A DNA stretch of 64,000 bases from Chiloscyllium plagiosum (GCF_004010195.1 NC_057714.1:46265922-46329921); one strand, 5' to 3'. Numbered from the stretch's first letter, positions 28,021 to 43,039 are shown. Numbers and translations are program-made. The notes: generated from the sequence alone by a model not told the origin.

Positions 28021-29339
28021 TTCAGAGATTGCGTCTCTGAAATTCCTGGACTGTTCTTGGTCCCTGTGGTTTAAATAAATGCTTCCTGCCTTTCAAGTTT
28101 GAACGAAGGATTTCCTGTGACCTTAAAATCTTATTTATTCTTCCATTTGTAGCTGTATAGGATTCTAATCTGTGTCTTAAATTCTGGATCTACAAAGTCC
28201 CAGATCTGAGACAACAGCTTAAATTGGTTCTGCGGCTTTGATTTCCCTTGCAATAGCCTTGCACCATGGTGCTGCCTGCTGTGGTGATAATGTTCTATCC
28301 GAGCTACAAATATTTTCTCTCTTTTTCATTTTCTCAGCCTGCACCCATCCATTAAAAGTTTTTCCTTGTCCATGAGAGATTTTTAAACTTTCCACAAGCA
28401 ACCTGTGATACTTGTTTATGATCTGCAAACCAACTAAGAACTGCTCCCACAACCACTGCCACTGCCACGTGGTGCAATCTGTACCTACTTTGCAGTAACT
28501 AATGCTCTCTCTCCAGAGAATTCTTTTGCCCTACTGCAGGAGGTCTCTTGAAAGGTCTAAAATATATTTACTACTGACTAGATTTCTTCATTTTATATGA
28601 ATGAGAGGGTTTCTTATCTAAGATTATTTAACCTTTGCATTAGCAATCAACTTTAGCCGAGTCTGAAGACCCCACACTATTGTTCACTATATTCTACAAA
28701 CAGTCAAATAAACTGCAACTCACTATATGATAGAGGATGACAACAGTAAACCTACATGTAGCAATAAACAGGGCTTGCTCAGCCTAATGTGATAGAGAAA
28801 AGCCACTTCTTGGTCAAACTAGAAAAAGCTCTTGCATAAAGCAAGAAGTGCATTGCCTTGCATGTTAGCAGGTTGTTGTATATTACATTAATCTGATCAA
28901 AAATGTTACACAGACTAGGATGCTTGATCTTCGTTCTTCGAGATTCTAATCTGTTCTGCCCATGTCTCCATCTGAAATTAAAGCTTAAGACATTCTTTTG
29001 TATTAACCTTTTCAACCCTTTGACATCTTTACACTACAGTATATATTTGTTTTGAGGGATTGCAACTAAGGTTCACTCAATTTGTGCCTTGGACAACAGA
29101 GCTTTGTAATCAGAAGAGATTGAGCAAGGCATTTTCTTTTCTTATTCCTATCTGTTCTGATGTTACTATGCCATGGGGAAGATCTAACAGTCTCCAACTC
29201 AAAACAACAAATGCTGGAGATCGCAGCAGGTCAGACAGCATCCATGGAGAGAAAACAAGCTAATGTTTTGAGTCTAAATGTCTCATCAGAGCTGTTGCTT
29301 AACATTTGCCAAAGTTATTATGCTTTTTATGATGGATAT

Positions 29340-31540
29340 TGATAAATACCGTATGATTCCACACTGTAAACAATCTAATAGCTATGGAGAAGAAGAGGAT
29401 ATTTAATTGGGGAAGAGGAAACTATGATGCGATTAGACACGAGTTAGGAAGCACGGACTGGGAGCAATTGTTCCATGGTAAAGGCACTATAGATATGTGG
29501 AGACTGTTTAAGGAACAGTTGTTATGAGTGATGAATAAATATGTTCCTCTGAGACAGGCAAGAAGGGGTAAGATAAAGGAACCTTGGATGACGAGAGCGG
29601 TGGAGCTTCTCATCAAAAGGAAGAAGGTAGCTTACATAAGGTGGACGAAGCTAGGTCAAGTTCAGCTCTAGAGGATTACAGGCAGGCGAGGAAGGAGCTC
29701 AAAAATGGTCTGAGGAGAGCCAGGAGGGGGCACGAGAAAGGCTTGGCAGAACGGATTAGGGAGAACACAAAGGCATTTTACACTTATGTGAGGAATAAGA
29801 GAATGGTCAAAGAAAGAGTAGGGCCGATCAGGGACAGCATAGGGAACTTGTGTGTGGAGTCTGAGGAGGTAGGGGAAGCCCTAAATGAGTTTTTTGCTTC
29901 TGTTTTTACGAAAGAAACGAACTTTGTAGTGAATGAAACCTTTGAAGAACAGGTGTGCATACTGGAATAGATAGAGATAGAGGAAGCTGATATGCTGAAA
30001 ATTTTGTCAAGCATTAAAATTGACAAGTCGTCAGGCCCGGACCAGATTCGTCCTCGGCTGCTTTGGGAAATGAGAAATGCAATTGCTTTGCCACTTGCGA
30101 AGATCTTTGCATCCTCGCTCTCCACTGGAGTCGTACCTGAGGACTGGAGAGAGACAAATGTAATTCCTCTCCAAGAAAGGAAATAGGGAAATCCCCGGCA
30201 ATTAGAGGCCAGTCAGTCTCACGTCTGTCGTCTGCAAGGTGTTAGAAAGGATTCTGAGGGATAGAATTTATGATAATCTGGAAGAGCATGGCTTGATTAA
30301 ATGCAGTCAAACACGGCTTTGTGAGGGGCTGGTCATGCTTCACAAACCTTATCGAGTTCTTTGAGGAGGTGACTAGAAATGTTGATGAGGGTCGAACTGT
30401 GGATGTGGTGTATATGGACTTCAGCAAGGCATTTGATAAGGTTCCCCATGGTAGGCTCATTCAGAAGGTCAGGAGGAATGGGATACAGGGGAACTTAGCT
30501 GTCTGGATACAGAATTGGCTGGCCAACAGAAGACAGCGAGTGGTAGTAGAAGGAAAATATTCTGCCTGGAAATCAGTGGTGAGTGGTGTTCCACGGGGCT
30601 CTGTCCTTGGGCCTCTACTGTTTGTAATTTTTATTAATGACTTGGATGAGGGGATTGAAGGATGGGTCAGCAAGTTTGAAGGTTGAAGGTGTCATTGACA
30701 GTATAGAGGACTGTTGTAGACTACAGCGAGACATTGACATGATGCAGAGATGGGCCGAGAGGTGGCAGATGGAGTTCAACCTGGATAAATGCAAGGTGAT
30801 GCATTTTGGAAGGTCAAATTTGAAAGCTGAGTACAGGATTAAGGATAGGATTCTTGGCAGTGTGGAGGTACAGAGGGATCTTGGTGTGCAGGTGCATAGA
30901 TCCCTTAAAATGGCCACCCAAGTGGCCAGGGTTGTTAAGAAAGCATAACAGTGTTTTGGCTTTCATTAACAGGGGGATTGAGTTTAAGAGTCGTGAAATT
31001 TTGTTGCAGCTCTATAAAACTTTGGTTAGACCGCACTTGGAATACTGCGTCGAGTTCTGGTCGCCCTATTATAGGATGCTTTGGAGAGGGTTCAGAGGAG
31101 GTTTACCAGGATGCTGCCTGGACTGGAGGGCTTATCTTATGAAGAGAGGTTGACTGAGCTCGGACTTTTTTCATTGGAGAAAAGGAGGAGGAGAGGGGAC
31201 CTAATTGAGGTATACAAGATAATGAGAGGCATAGATAGAGTCGATAGCCGGAGACTATTTCCCAAAGCAGAAATGGCTAACATGAGGGGTCATGGTTTTA
31301 AGCTGGTTGGAGGAAAGTATAGAGGGGATGTCAGAGGCGGGTTCTTTACACAGAGAGTTGAGAGAGCATGGAATGCGTTGCCAGCAGCAGTTGTGGAAAC
31401 AAGATCAAGGGACTTTTAAGAGACTGCTGGACATGCATATAGTCACAGAAATTTGATGGTGCATACATGAGGATCAATGGTTGGCACAACATCGTGGACT
31501 GAAGGGCCTGTTCTGTGCTGTACTGTTCTATGTTCTAATA
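29340..31540 (+). mobile_element. Young 5'-truncated CR1 LINE (ORF2 RT), frameshifted
   Basis: ORF pieces [69 protein letters not shown]. Tail TGTTCTATGTTCTA. Confidence 0.93.
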
Positions 31541-31732
31541 TCTATTACTGCTTTTGATTAAATCTTCCAGCACTTCGCTGATGATCAAGATTAAACCAAT
31601 GGGGTGAAATTGTCCCGATTAGATTTGTCCTGCATTGTATGGCCAGGATATACTTGAGAATTTTACATTTTAATGTGCAGATGTCAGCATTGCAGCTGCA
31701 GTAAAATATCTTGGCTCAGGGCATAGCTAGTT

Positions 31733-32046
31733 TTAGATTAGATTAGATCCCCTACAGTGTGGAAACAGGCCCTTCGGCCCAACCAGCCCACACCGACCCT
31801 CCAAAGAGTAACCCACCCAAACCCATTTCCCTCTGACGAATGCACCTAACACTACGGGCAATTTAGCATGGCCAATTCACCTGACCTGCACATCTTTGGA
31901 TTGTGGGAGGAAACCGGAGCACCCGGAGGAAACCCACGCAGACACAGGGAGAATGTGCAAACTCCACACAGACAATTGCCCAAAGCTGGAATCGAACCTG
32001 GGACCCTAGTGTTGTGAGGCAGAAGTGCTAGCCACTGTGCCACCCT
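31733..32046 (-). mobile_element. HE1-type shark SINE
   Basis: Full copy with (TCTAA)n tail, seen as ttagattagattagat, and A/B-box head. Similar to the copies at 10745 and 23777. Confidence 0.88.
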
Positions 32047-32404
32047 AATTTTGGAAACAACTCTTCTGTTGCTTAGCTGAGATATTGTCTGAGTCCAATT
32101 AAATGCACCTTGGAGCATCCAGAGGACACAGACATAATTTTAGTTGCTTCTTTTAAAGTTGAATCTCGAAGAGCTTTTAAGATTTTATCTCTCAATTGTG
32201 ACAGTTAAGACAAGTCAAGCTTTAAAAATTGCAGATAACATTACATTACACAACAAGATAATTAACGTGGCCATTTGTGTAAACAATGATAAAAGTCAGT
32301 ATTCACAATGCAAATGCAACATGACAGCTTTTTAAGCAGCACTTGGCAATGCTGATTTCCTTCCACACTTTAACTTCACAGTGTACATAGATTATTTGGA
32401 GTAT

Positions 32405-33012
32405 TTTGGGGAATATGAAGTCATCCATTTTGGTAGGAATAACAGTAAAAAGGATGATTATTTGGATGGTAAGAAGTGGCAGTGTGCTATTCAGAGGGAC
32501 CCGGGTGTCCTTGTGTATGAATCACAGAAAGCTGGTCTGTAGGTACAACAGGTAATTAAGAAAGCAAACGGAATTTTGTCCTTCACTGCTAAAGGGATTG
32601 TGTTTAAAAACGAGGTGGTTATGATCCAGCTGTACAGGATGCTGGTAAGGCCATACCTGGAGTACTCTGTACAGTTTTGGCCTCCTTACTTGGGAAAGGA
32701 TGCACCGGCACTAGAGGGTGCACAGAGGAGATTCACTAGGTTGATTCCAGAGTTGAGGGGGTTGGCTTATGAAGCCGAACTGAATAGACTGGGACTACAT
32801 TCATTGGAATTTAGAAGAATTGAGGTGTGTGTGTGTGTGTGTGTGGTAAATATTTTTAAAGCTAAGATGGATTTTTTTTAACAATAAAGGAATTGTGGGT
32901 TTTGGTGAGACAGTGGATAAGTGGAGCTGAGGCAACAAAAAGGTCAGCCATGATCTTATTGAATGGTAGAGCAGGTTCGAAGGGCCAGATGGCCTGCTCC
33001 TCGTTCCTTATG
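32405..33012 (+). mobile_element. CR1 3' fragment with an internal (GT)n
   Basis: ORF 32576-32881 contains LYRMLVRPYLEYSVQFW...QRRFTRLIP. Confidence 0.85.
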
Positions 33013-33559
33013 ACTAAGTATTTTGCAAAAATTTGAAGCTTCCTTGAACGATGGCTATATATTCATCCTGTCCCCAGATCGCAATTTGAACCATTGTATA
33101 ACTTTACATAATATTATTCTTTTGAGTGGAACTTGGGAATTCACAATGAAACAATCAAGGGGGTTAATGGTCCGGGGATTGGGTCAATTGTCAGATTGTC
33201 AGATTGTTGGACATGCATTAGTTCAGGCAAGTGAGTGCAATATAATCACACAACTAGTGGAAAGACTTGAGTTGTCAGCAGGCAAGATTTACCCCGAAAT
33301 AGCGAGCTCCTGGCAGAACATAAAACCACAGTATGTGTGTGGCTGGTTCATGTACATTTCTGGTTAATATTGGCTCTGGGGATAGTGATGGTGGGGAATT
33401 AGGTAAATGTCATAGGTATACAGTCAGATTCTTTTTGTTGGAGATTGTCAATGCCTGGCACAAGTGTTTCTTGACCCACATTATACCAAGATTTGATACT
33501 GTTCAGGTCATGCTGCAGGTAGCTTCAGATTGCAAATGCCAAATTAGCATTCATTAGTC

Positions 33560-34260
33560 TACTCTCAATTAATATGAAGGTGATGGAAGGTATCATTGCC
33601 AGTGCTATCAAGTGACACTGCGACCATGTGGAAAATTACCCAGGTATGTCACACACTCAAAAAGCATGATGAGTCCAACGTGGCCAATTACAAACCATTA
33701 ATCATGATGGAAGGTGTCCTCAACAATGTTATCTGGTAGTATTTGTTTAGCAATAATCTTCTGAGTGACACTCAATATGAGATCTGCCAGGGCCACTCAG
33801 TTTCTGACTTCATTACAGTCTTAGTTCAAACATGGACAAAAGAGCTGAATTCCAGAGGCAATGCCAGAGTGACTGCCTTTGACATCAAGGCCACATTTAA
33901 CTGAGTGTGGCATCAAGGAGCTCCAGCAAACTGAAATGGATATTGAGCAAAAAGTCTCCATTGGTTAGAGACAAACATAGGAAGGTGGTTATGGTTGTTG
34001 GGGGTCAGTCATTTCATTTCAACTCTAGGATACTCTGCAGGAGTTCCTCATGGTAGTGTATCCTGGGCCCAACTATCTTCAGTTGCTTCAATGACTTTCC
34101 CTCTACCATGTCAAAAATTGTCATTTTGCTGACGACTACACAATGTTCAGCACCACTTATGATAACCCAGATGCTGAAGCTGCTCATGTCTAAATGCAGC
34201 ACATCTTGGATCGCTTCCAGGCTTTAGCTGAAACGTAGGTAACACTTGCGCCACACAAGT
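33560..34260 (+). mobile_element. RT relic of the second LINE family
   Basis: GACATCAAGGCCACATTT and GGAGTTCCTCATGGTAGTGT..GGCCCAACTATCTTCAG parallel the sequence at 63530-63750. Confidence 0.65.
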
Positions 34261-35689
34261 TACTCAAGATTTTAAACCATTCTATATGCAAGTCACATAC
34301 TGCAGTTTGAAACTAATTAACTGCCTGCAGTATTGTGGGATACTATTGCAAACTGAAGATGCTGCATTAATGGCTACAAAAGTTTTAATAATTTCCAATG
34401 GCATCAAATTATTTCTTTCTCAGAACAGTTACAATCATAAGCCTATCGTACACATACACAGAAAAACTACAGGAGACAAAATAACAAGGTTACACAATGT
34501 TGCACTACAGTAAACGCCTTCACAATTACTCAACTAACTTGGTTGTTGGGAGCAGACCATAGTTCAAATTATACCCACCCATCTTGATGTGAAAATATGC
34601 CAAAACCTTTCTCTGTGTTGTAAAACATTAGGAAAGTTAAGGCTGCCCAATCATTGCCATGTACATTATGAACAAAGAACTTCTTACAAGAGAGAAAGAA
34701 ATTTCATTTATGACACTGACCTGAGTGGAATATTTACAGTGTATTGTATAACTCTCAGCAGCTTTGGTACAAACTCAGTTTAATTGGGCTAATTCAATTT
34801 CATGAGTGCTAGGCCAAAGGCTCATCATTATCAACTGTTTTCTGGGAATGGTTCTAAAATTAAATTACTGCTTTGACTAAAACTTTGTACGCCTGACAAA
34901 ATGATGATACAGCTAACACATACAAAAATTAAGTGGGCTATTAAGGAACATGTGTAATGGGCACTGAAGAAGGTTATGTCAGAGACCTTGATCAGATAGG
35001 CCAATGGGCCAAGGAGTGGCAAATGGAGTTTAATTTAAATAAATGTGAGGTGTTACATTTTATTAAGGCAAATCAGGGCAGGACTTATATACTTAATGGT
35101 AAAGTCCTGGGGAGTGTTGTCAAACAAAGAGATCTAGGGTCACAGGTGTAGAGTTCCTTGAATGTGAAGTTGCATGTAGACAGGGTGGGGAAGGTGGCAT
35201 TTAGTATGCTTGCCTTCATTCCTCAGTGCATTGAGCATAAGGGTTGGGTGGTCATGTTACGCTGTACAGATCATTGTGAACCACATGTGTTTTATGAAAA
35301 TTGACCATGGTAATACTTTTAGGCTGGCTCTATTTTAATTGCAGAATAATTAAATTCAAATTTCACATTTTCCCATGGTGGAATCCAAACCTATATTCAT
35401 CAATAACCATACATAATTTTAGTCTATACACAGACTGGAAAAATTAGAATGGCAAAAGTATTTTGGAAGATAACTTCGGAGTGCTTCTGTAACAATTTCT
35501 TCGAGCAATAAGTTTTACAGCCAACCTAGTGTAAACTGTTCTAGATCTGGTAATGTATAAATGTTTTTACAACCAGCTTGTTATGACATCTCTGGAGCAG
35601 GTGGGACTTGATCTCAAACCTTCTGGTCCAGAGAAAGGGATACTATCACTGCACCAAAAGACCCTTTCTGTCAGTATGTAATGAGACAA

Positions 35690-38600
35690 AGGATCTTGAG
35701 GAATGAATGAGTGCAACATAATTTAATTTTGCATTCAACGTGAAGGAAAGGCGAGTGGGTCTAAGTAGTGTTTTAACTTTAAAAATGGGCAGATATAATG
35801 CTATAGAATCATAGAGATGTACAGCATGGAAACAGACCTTTCGGTCCAACCCATCCATGTGAAGGCAGAGCTGGCTAAAATGAGGTGGGAAATTGAGTTA
35901 AGGGATGCATCAGTAGAGATGTACTGGAAGATATTGAAGGTGATATTTCATCACATTCAAAGATCATTACAGTCAGAGATCTACAGCACAAAAAGGTCAT
36001 CAGCCTATCACGTTTGTACAGGACATAAACAATCACCTAATTATTCTGACTTCATTTTCCAGCACTTGGCAATGTCCATTAAAAGGCTCTCAGAGAAGGA
36101 AACACCGTCTTGGAATAACTGAGGAAGTTAAGGACAGTATCCAATTGAAGGAAAGGGAATATAATTCTGCAAACATTAGTGTCATGTCAAAAACTAGAGA
36201 GGTGGTTAAAGAAAAAAAGCAAAGTAAACTAAAACATTAGAGTTTGATAAAAAGTTAGTAAGAAAAATAAAAATGTACAAGAAAGATTTTCTAGAAGGCA
36301 TGTAAATAAGAAAACATAACTGAAGTGAGCACTGATCCTTCAGGATGGTTAGAGAATTAATGATGGAAACTAAGGAAATAGTGAATGAATTAAACAGATG
36401 TTAAAAGTTTGTTTTCACCGTGGAAGATACAAACCAAATCTCAAAATAATTGTACATCACGAGATGAAAGGGAGGAAAAAAGTAAAAACAACTACAATCA
36501 CCTTGAGATTTCATTCTAAGGTCACAAAGAAGTGACAGCTGAGATAAGCATTTGACAAGATTCCAAGTTTATTGCATGGGAGTTAGAGCTCCTGGTACAG
36601 GCATTCACATATTACCATGAAAACAAGATTGCAATATCTTGGAGTGGGGTGGGTGGAATTTGCTAATGCTGTTCGGGTGGGTTTAAACTAATTCAACAAG
36701 GGGGTGGGAAGCTTAATTGTAGTTTGAGTACACAGGAGGTTGAGAGTAGTGAGATCAGAACTAAGGTTTCAAGGTCACAAGCAGGCACAAGCAAGCAAGA
36801 AGTTGGTTTGAAGTGTGGCTTCTTCAACGCCAGGAGCATCCGGAATAAGGTGGGTGAACTTGCAACATGGGTTGGTGTCTAGGATTTCGAAGTTGTGGCC
36901 ATTTCGGAAACATGGGTAGATCAGGGACAGAAATGGTTGTTGCAGGTTCTGGGATTTAATGTTTCAGTAAGACCAGAGAAAAAGGAAAGGGGGAGTGGCA
37001 GTCTTAGGCAAAGACAATATTATGGCTGCAAAAAGGATGTTTGAGGACTCGTCTACTGAGATAGTATGGGCTGAGGTTAGAAACAGGAAAGGAGAGGCCA
37101 CCCTGGTGGGAGTTTTCTGTAGGCCTCCAAATAGTTCCAGAGGTGTAGAGGATAGGATACCAAAAGATGACCCTCGATAGGAGCGAGTGTGACATTTGTT
37201 ATGGGGGACTTTAACTTGCCAAATATCAACTGGGAATACTATAGCTCAAGTACGTTATGGGTTAGTTTTTGTCCAATATGTGCAGGAGGGTTTCCTGACA
37301 CAGAATGCAGACAGGCCAAAAAGGGGCGAAGCCACATTAGATTTGGTACTGGGTAATGGCCAGGTGTTAGGTTTGGAGGTAGGTGAGCACTCTGGTGATA
37401 GTGACCACAATTCAGTTATGTTTACTTTAGTTATGGAAAGGGTGTGTACCTCAAGGTAAGAGTTATAGCTGGGAGAAAGCCAATTACAATGCAATTAGGC
37501 AAGATTTAGGATGCATAGGATGGAAAAGGAAACTCCAGAGATAGGCACAACTGAAACGTGGAGCTTATTCAGGGAACAGTTACTGCGGGTCCTCGATAAG
37601 TGTACACCTGTCAGGCAGGGAGAAAGTGGTCAAGCAAGGGAGCCGTGGTTTACAAAGTAAGTTGAATCTCTTGTCAAGAGGAAGAAGGTGGCTTATGTTA
37701 GGATTAGATGTGATGGCTCAGTTAGGGCGCTTGAGAGTTACGAGTTAGGCAGGAAAGACCTAAAGAGAGAGCGCTATGAAGAGCCAGAAGGGGGCATGAG
37801 AAGTCGTTGGCGGATAAGATCAAAAGAAAACCGTCAGGCCTTCTATTGGTTTATCTGGATTAAAAGAATGACTACAGTAAGATTAGGGCCAAAGACAGTA
37901 GTGAGAAGTTGTGTGTGGAGTCAGAGGAGATTGGGGAAGCGTTAAATGAATACTTTTCATCCGTCAGTATTCATACTAGAAAAAGACAATGGAGTCGAGG
38001 AAAAAACTGTGATACAGGATACTAGACTAGATGGGATTGAGGTTCACAAGGTGGTGTTAGCAATTCTGAAAAGTGTAAAAATAAGTACCCTGGGCTGGAT
38101 GGGAATTATCTCACTGGAAAGCCAGTCAGAAGATTGCAGAGCCTTTGGCTTTGATCTTTATGTCAGAACACTGGAGGATAGCAAACATTGTTCCCTTGTT
38201 CAAGAGACAACCCTGGTAAGTGAACCTTACTTCGGTTGTGGGTAAAGTGTTGGAAAGAGTTATAAGAGATAGGAATTATCATCATCTAGAAAGGATGAAG
38301 TTGATTTGGGATAGTCAACACTGTTTTGAAGGGTAGGTTGTGCCTCACAAACCTTATTGAGTTTTTTGAGAAGATGCTCAAACAGGTGGATGCGGGCAAA
38401 AGAGTTGATGTGGTGTATATGGATTTCAGTAAGGCGTTTGATAAGGTAGGCTATTGCACAAAATATGGAGGCATGGGATTAAGGATGATTTAGTGGTTTA
38501 GATCAGAAATTGGCTGGCTGAAAGACGACAGAGGATGGTGGTTGATGGGAAATATTCATCCTGGAATTCAGTTACTAGTGGCATACCACAAGGATCTGTT

Positions 38601-40980
38601 TTTGGGTCCACTGCTGTTTGCCATTTTTATAAATGACCTGGATGAGGGTGTAGAAGGATCGGTTAGTAAATTTGTGGATGACACTAAGCTCAGTAGAGTT
38701 GTGGATAGTGATGAAGAATATTGTAAGTTACAGAGAGACATAGATAAGCTGCAGAGCTGGGCTGTGAGGTGACAAATGGAGTTTAATAAGGGTAACAGGA
38801 ATGCAGAGTACTGGGCAAATGGTAAGATTCTTGGTAGCGTAGATGAGCAGAGGGATCTTGGTGACCATGAACATTGATCCTTGAAAGTTGAATTGAATTA
38901 AATTGAAGTTATTGTCATGTGTACCGAGGCACAGTGAAAAAGCTTTGCCTTGCGAGCAATACAAGGAGAAGTCGCCACCCAGATTGACAGGGTTGTTAAG
39001 GCGGCATCCGATGCGTTAGCTTTTAATTGGTAGAGGAATCGAGTTTCGGAACCATGAGGTCATGCTGCAGCTGCACAAAACTCAGCTGCGGCGGCACTTG
39101 GAACATTGCATACAATTCTGGTCACCACATTATGGGAAGGAAGTGGAAGTTTTGGAAAGAGTTCGGAGGAGATTTACTAGGATGTTGCCTGGTATGAAGG
39201 GAAGATCTTACAAGGAAAGGCTGAGGGACTTGAGGCTGTTTTCATTAGAGAGAAGGTTGAGAGGAGACTTAATTAAGACATACAAGATAATCAGAGGGCT
39301 TGATCGGGTGAACAGTGAGAGCTTTTTTCCTCGGGTGGCAAATGGTTAGCACATGGGGACATAGCTTCAAATTGAGAGGTGATATATATATAGGTCAGAT
39401 GTCAGAGGTAGTTTCTTTACTCAGTAGTAGGGACGTGAAACACACTGCCTGCAACAGTAGTAGACTCATCAACTAAAAGGGCATTTAAGTGGTTACTGGA
39501 TAGGCATATGGGCAGGTCAGCACAACATCGAGGACCAAAGGGCCTGTACTGTGCTGTTATGTTCTATGTTCAATTGTTGTCTAACAGGAAGGAGAGAGAA
39601 GAGGCATTTTATTTTCAAGCTTGAATGATGAAAGTATTATCATGTCACAGATCTCAAATAAACACTGGCATATGCCAATGAGTTGGAGAAGGGGGCCAGA
39701 TGCACGGCTGCTAAATTTGCTAAAAGCACAAAATTAGATAGAACGGTAGTTTGTGACAATATATGGAGTTTACAATGGGATATTGTTAGGTCAGTGAGGA
39801 GTTGGAGGCAGGGGACAAAGATGTGGTTATGTAAGCAAATATGACTTTTTCTAATTTGGCACAAAGATTAGAAAGGCAGTGCATTGGTCAAATGGCAAGA
39901 GATTCTAGAATGCTGTGGTGCAGAAAGATTTGGGTGCTCTGATAATACAAATATGAACAGATGGTATCAAAAGGCAATAGTTAGGATTATTGTCACATGT
40001 ACTCAAGGACAGCAGTACAGGAATACAGTGAAAAGTTTACAGCACCATCTTAGGTACAAGATACGTAATAAAGAAAAGAATTATGTTACCTTATTCATAG
40101 TATACGTTAGAAAAATAAGGAATAAAATTAAAAAGACAAACATTACAGTCTTCCTATAAAGAGCCTGCAGTAGATCAACACAAGAGGCTTCCACATGTGG
40201 TCTGACCGGACGCACAAGCTGCTGACTGCCCACACCTGCCCCAAGTCCAACAACCTTCCCCGCTCCACTCCAGGCACGCTGGCCATCTCGCTGAGTGTTA
40301 CTGGAAAACTGAATGTCATCATCCAATGCATGAAGAATAGAAAATAAAAAGTATAAGTTTTGCAAATATTATACAGAGCATTGGTGAGACCACTTCTGGG
40401 TGCTGGGTACAGATCTAGTCTCATGTAAGTAAGGACACGCTGCACTGGAAACACTTCAAAGAAGGTCCACTCAACTGATGAAGGAGTAATCTTCTGAGAA
40501 ACAGTTGAACATGTGGAAGTTGTATCCATTCGCGTTTAGAAGATTAATGATTTTATTGGAATCTTTTGTATCTTAGGTTGTGGTGGTGGTGGGGTGGAGC
40601 AGATGTGATGAGTGGGGAGAGAAAGACAGAATTGAGAGTGCGATGGTCACAAGATATTTCTCCTTGTGGGAGAAACTCGAGCAAAGGGACACAGTTTAAA
40701 AACAAAGGATCTCCCATTTAAGTGATTGGGAGGATGAAATTCTCCATGTCTAAGACTTGAATTTGCAGTCCTCTTTTCCCAAAGGAGTAATGGAAGCAAG
40801 TCCTTGAATATTATTAAAAGCTGCATTAAATAGTTTATGAGCTAGAAGGTACATCAAAGAATATGGAGATTGGCAGGAGAGTGGACCTGAGGCCACATCC
40901 ATATGATCTTAAAATGGCAGAACAGGTCAGAGGAGCCAAAATGGCTTTCTTCAACTCCTAGCTCATGATTGTATGATACA
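35690..40980 (+). mobile_element. Nested CR1 cluster: old host copy with a younger endonuclease-RT copy at about 36640-39570
   Basis: Endonuclease motifs EIVWAEVRN and [48 protein letters not shown], tail TTATGTTCTATGTTC at about 39560. Confidence 0.85.
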
Positions 40981-43039
40981 AACATTACAAATATTCTAAA
41001 ATAGGCAGAAAATATTTATTAAAAATGAAAAGACTACCTATAGGCAACAATGATAGGTAGCACTTGCTGCTTTCACACATGGGGAAGGGATAGCCTAATG
41101 GTATTATCATTGCACATAACATTCTGGAGATTGGGTTTCAAATCCAGCAATGACCATGAAACCATTGCCAATTGTTGAAAAAACCCATCTGGTTCCTGAG
41201 TGTCCTTTGGGTACTAAATGCTGGACTAGCCAGTTACACACTTATGCTGTGAATGAAGTTTAAAAAAACTTGAGATAAAACAAATCCTCCTCAACTATTC
41301 AGGCTGCACAATACACTTACACTGTTCTCTAAAAGAATAACTTGCACACTTGTTGTCATAAAATCCTAATGTCTGCTACATCATCTCAATAGTGATAAGG
41401 ACATCAAAACAAGGCACAACACTATGTCAGTGCACAACATCTTTTAAAACTTCTATTGGAGAGGAACTGTTGCAAATTGAATTGAGACACGGCTAACAGC
41501 TTAAAAATGCAAAGCCACCTCAAAGCAGAATGTTTTTTTTTAAAAAAATCACTCTCAGGAAGAGTGCAGAAAGAGAGAAAACCCACAATTTAGACTGATT
41601 AAAGATTATGGTGGTTTCAGGAAGAAATTGGCAAATGTAAAGTACAGGACATGGATAATATGGCTGTTGATAAACTTCAAAAAGGTCCAGCAATATGCTC
41701 CAAAGTTTTATTTCAACTTAGACTTGGCAAAGTTCTAAACACATCAACTGCTTGTTCCCCATATATACACCTAGTGTTCATCCAATTACACCTCAATGAA
41801 TATATAACCAGCACATGTTCCATAATTCCATTCGGTCTCAGGCCAAATTACTAGATCATAATTGCAATCACAAAAGACCCACCAAAAAGAAATCTTTTGG
41901 AAATACAAGAGATCCTGTTTATCGAAACAAGATTCTGAAGGCTTCCAGAGATCACTACAAAAAAGTTGCTTTCTCTATTTCTCTCTCTCTCATTCACGCA
42001 CAAAAATAAACTTGCTCTGTTTAACACAAAAAAAGCAAGAGAATGAGTGTCAGGGAAATAAAAATTTGAAAGTAAATGCAACCTTCCCTCCTGCTGTATT
42101 CAACTACTGAACCCAGACCTCAGGTTCAAACCTACGCTTCAAAAGGCTTCATTAAACTGAATATTCTTTTCTCTTCCTTTCTAATGGACACTATCCCCTT
42201 TTAGTTTTGTACCTGCATAATCTGTGCATGTTCACAGATGCAACTGCAGAGAGGCCATATGCTTGACATATGTCTATTATTTTTCTCAGGATCAGCAACT
42301 AATAAAATTGCTTTTTCACTCAATACAACCATGCGATTGGCTCTTTATGACTGCAAAAAAAAAGCTATACCCCTCTCCAGTTAACTTGGTGCTTAAAAAA
42401 ACTGAAACATTTATTGCAATTAATCAAATAGTTTAAAAAGAGAGGAACTGGTTCACTAGCTCTCACCTGGTCAGAACAAAAGAAGTTTGCACAGACTCAC
42501 TAAAAAAACAACTTACCAGGGCAAAGTGGCAATGCCCTTACCTCTGGGTCTGAAGTCTGGATGCAAGTCTCCTGCCAAGGACAGGTCTCAAAATGTCCAA
42601 AAGGTTGATTTAAAGTGAAACAGAATTATTAGGAAAGCTTCCCAGCCTACTTGCAAGCATGTAATATCTTCACCTGGATTGCCATTCCCCATATACAGGA
42701 ATGCACATGTAGAAGTGACCACCATTCACTTCACCTGCCATAGTGACAGACAATTGCAGGGAATCTGATTCTCATTGGTGTATGAGCAATCTTTCAAGGA
42801 ACATCTACACTTCCAATCATTAGCTTTAATGTCGTTAGTCATTTGTTCCCATTATCAATATTCACTGCTATTCTCAGAGATACAGTATATAATAATTGCT
42901 ATGTGCGTAGGATGGCAAGTAATGGGAAAATGGCAAGAATCATACACTACAGAAGGAGTTATTCAGTCATATAATGTCATACCAGCCTTGTAAAAGCTAT
43001 CCAAATAGTCCCATTGCTGGATTATCCCGCACTGTCCGT

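Noticed and set aside
29340-31540. RT ORFs as an active LINE, domesticated gene or retron-like system
   Set aside because: 5'-truncated with several stops and frameshifts; an ordinary CR1 copy.
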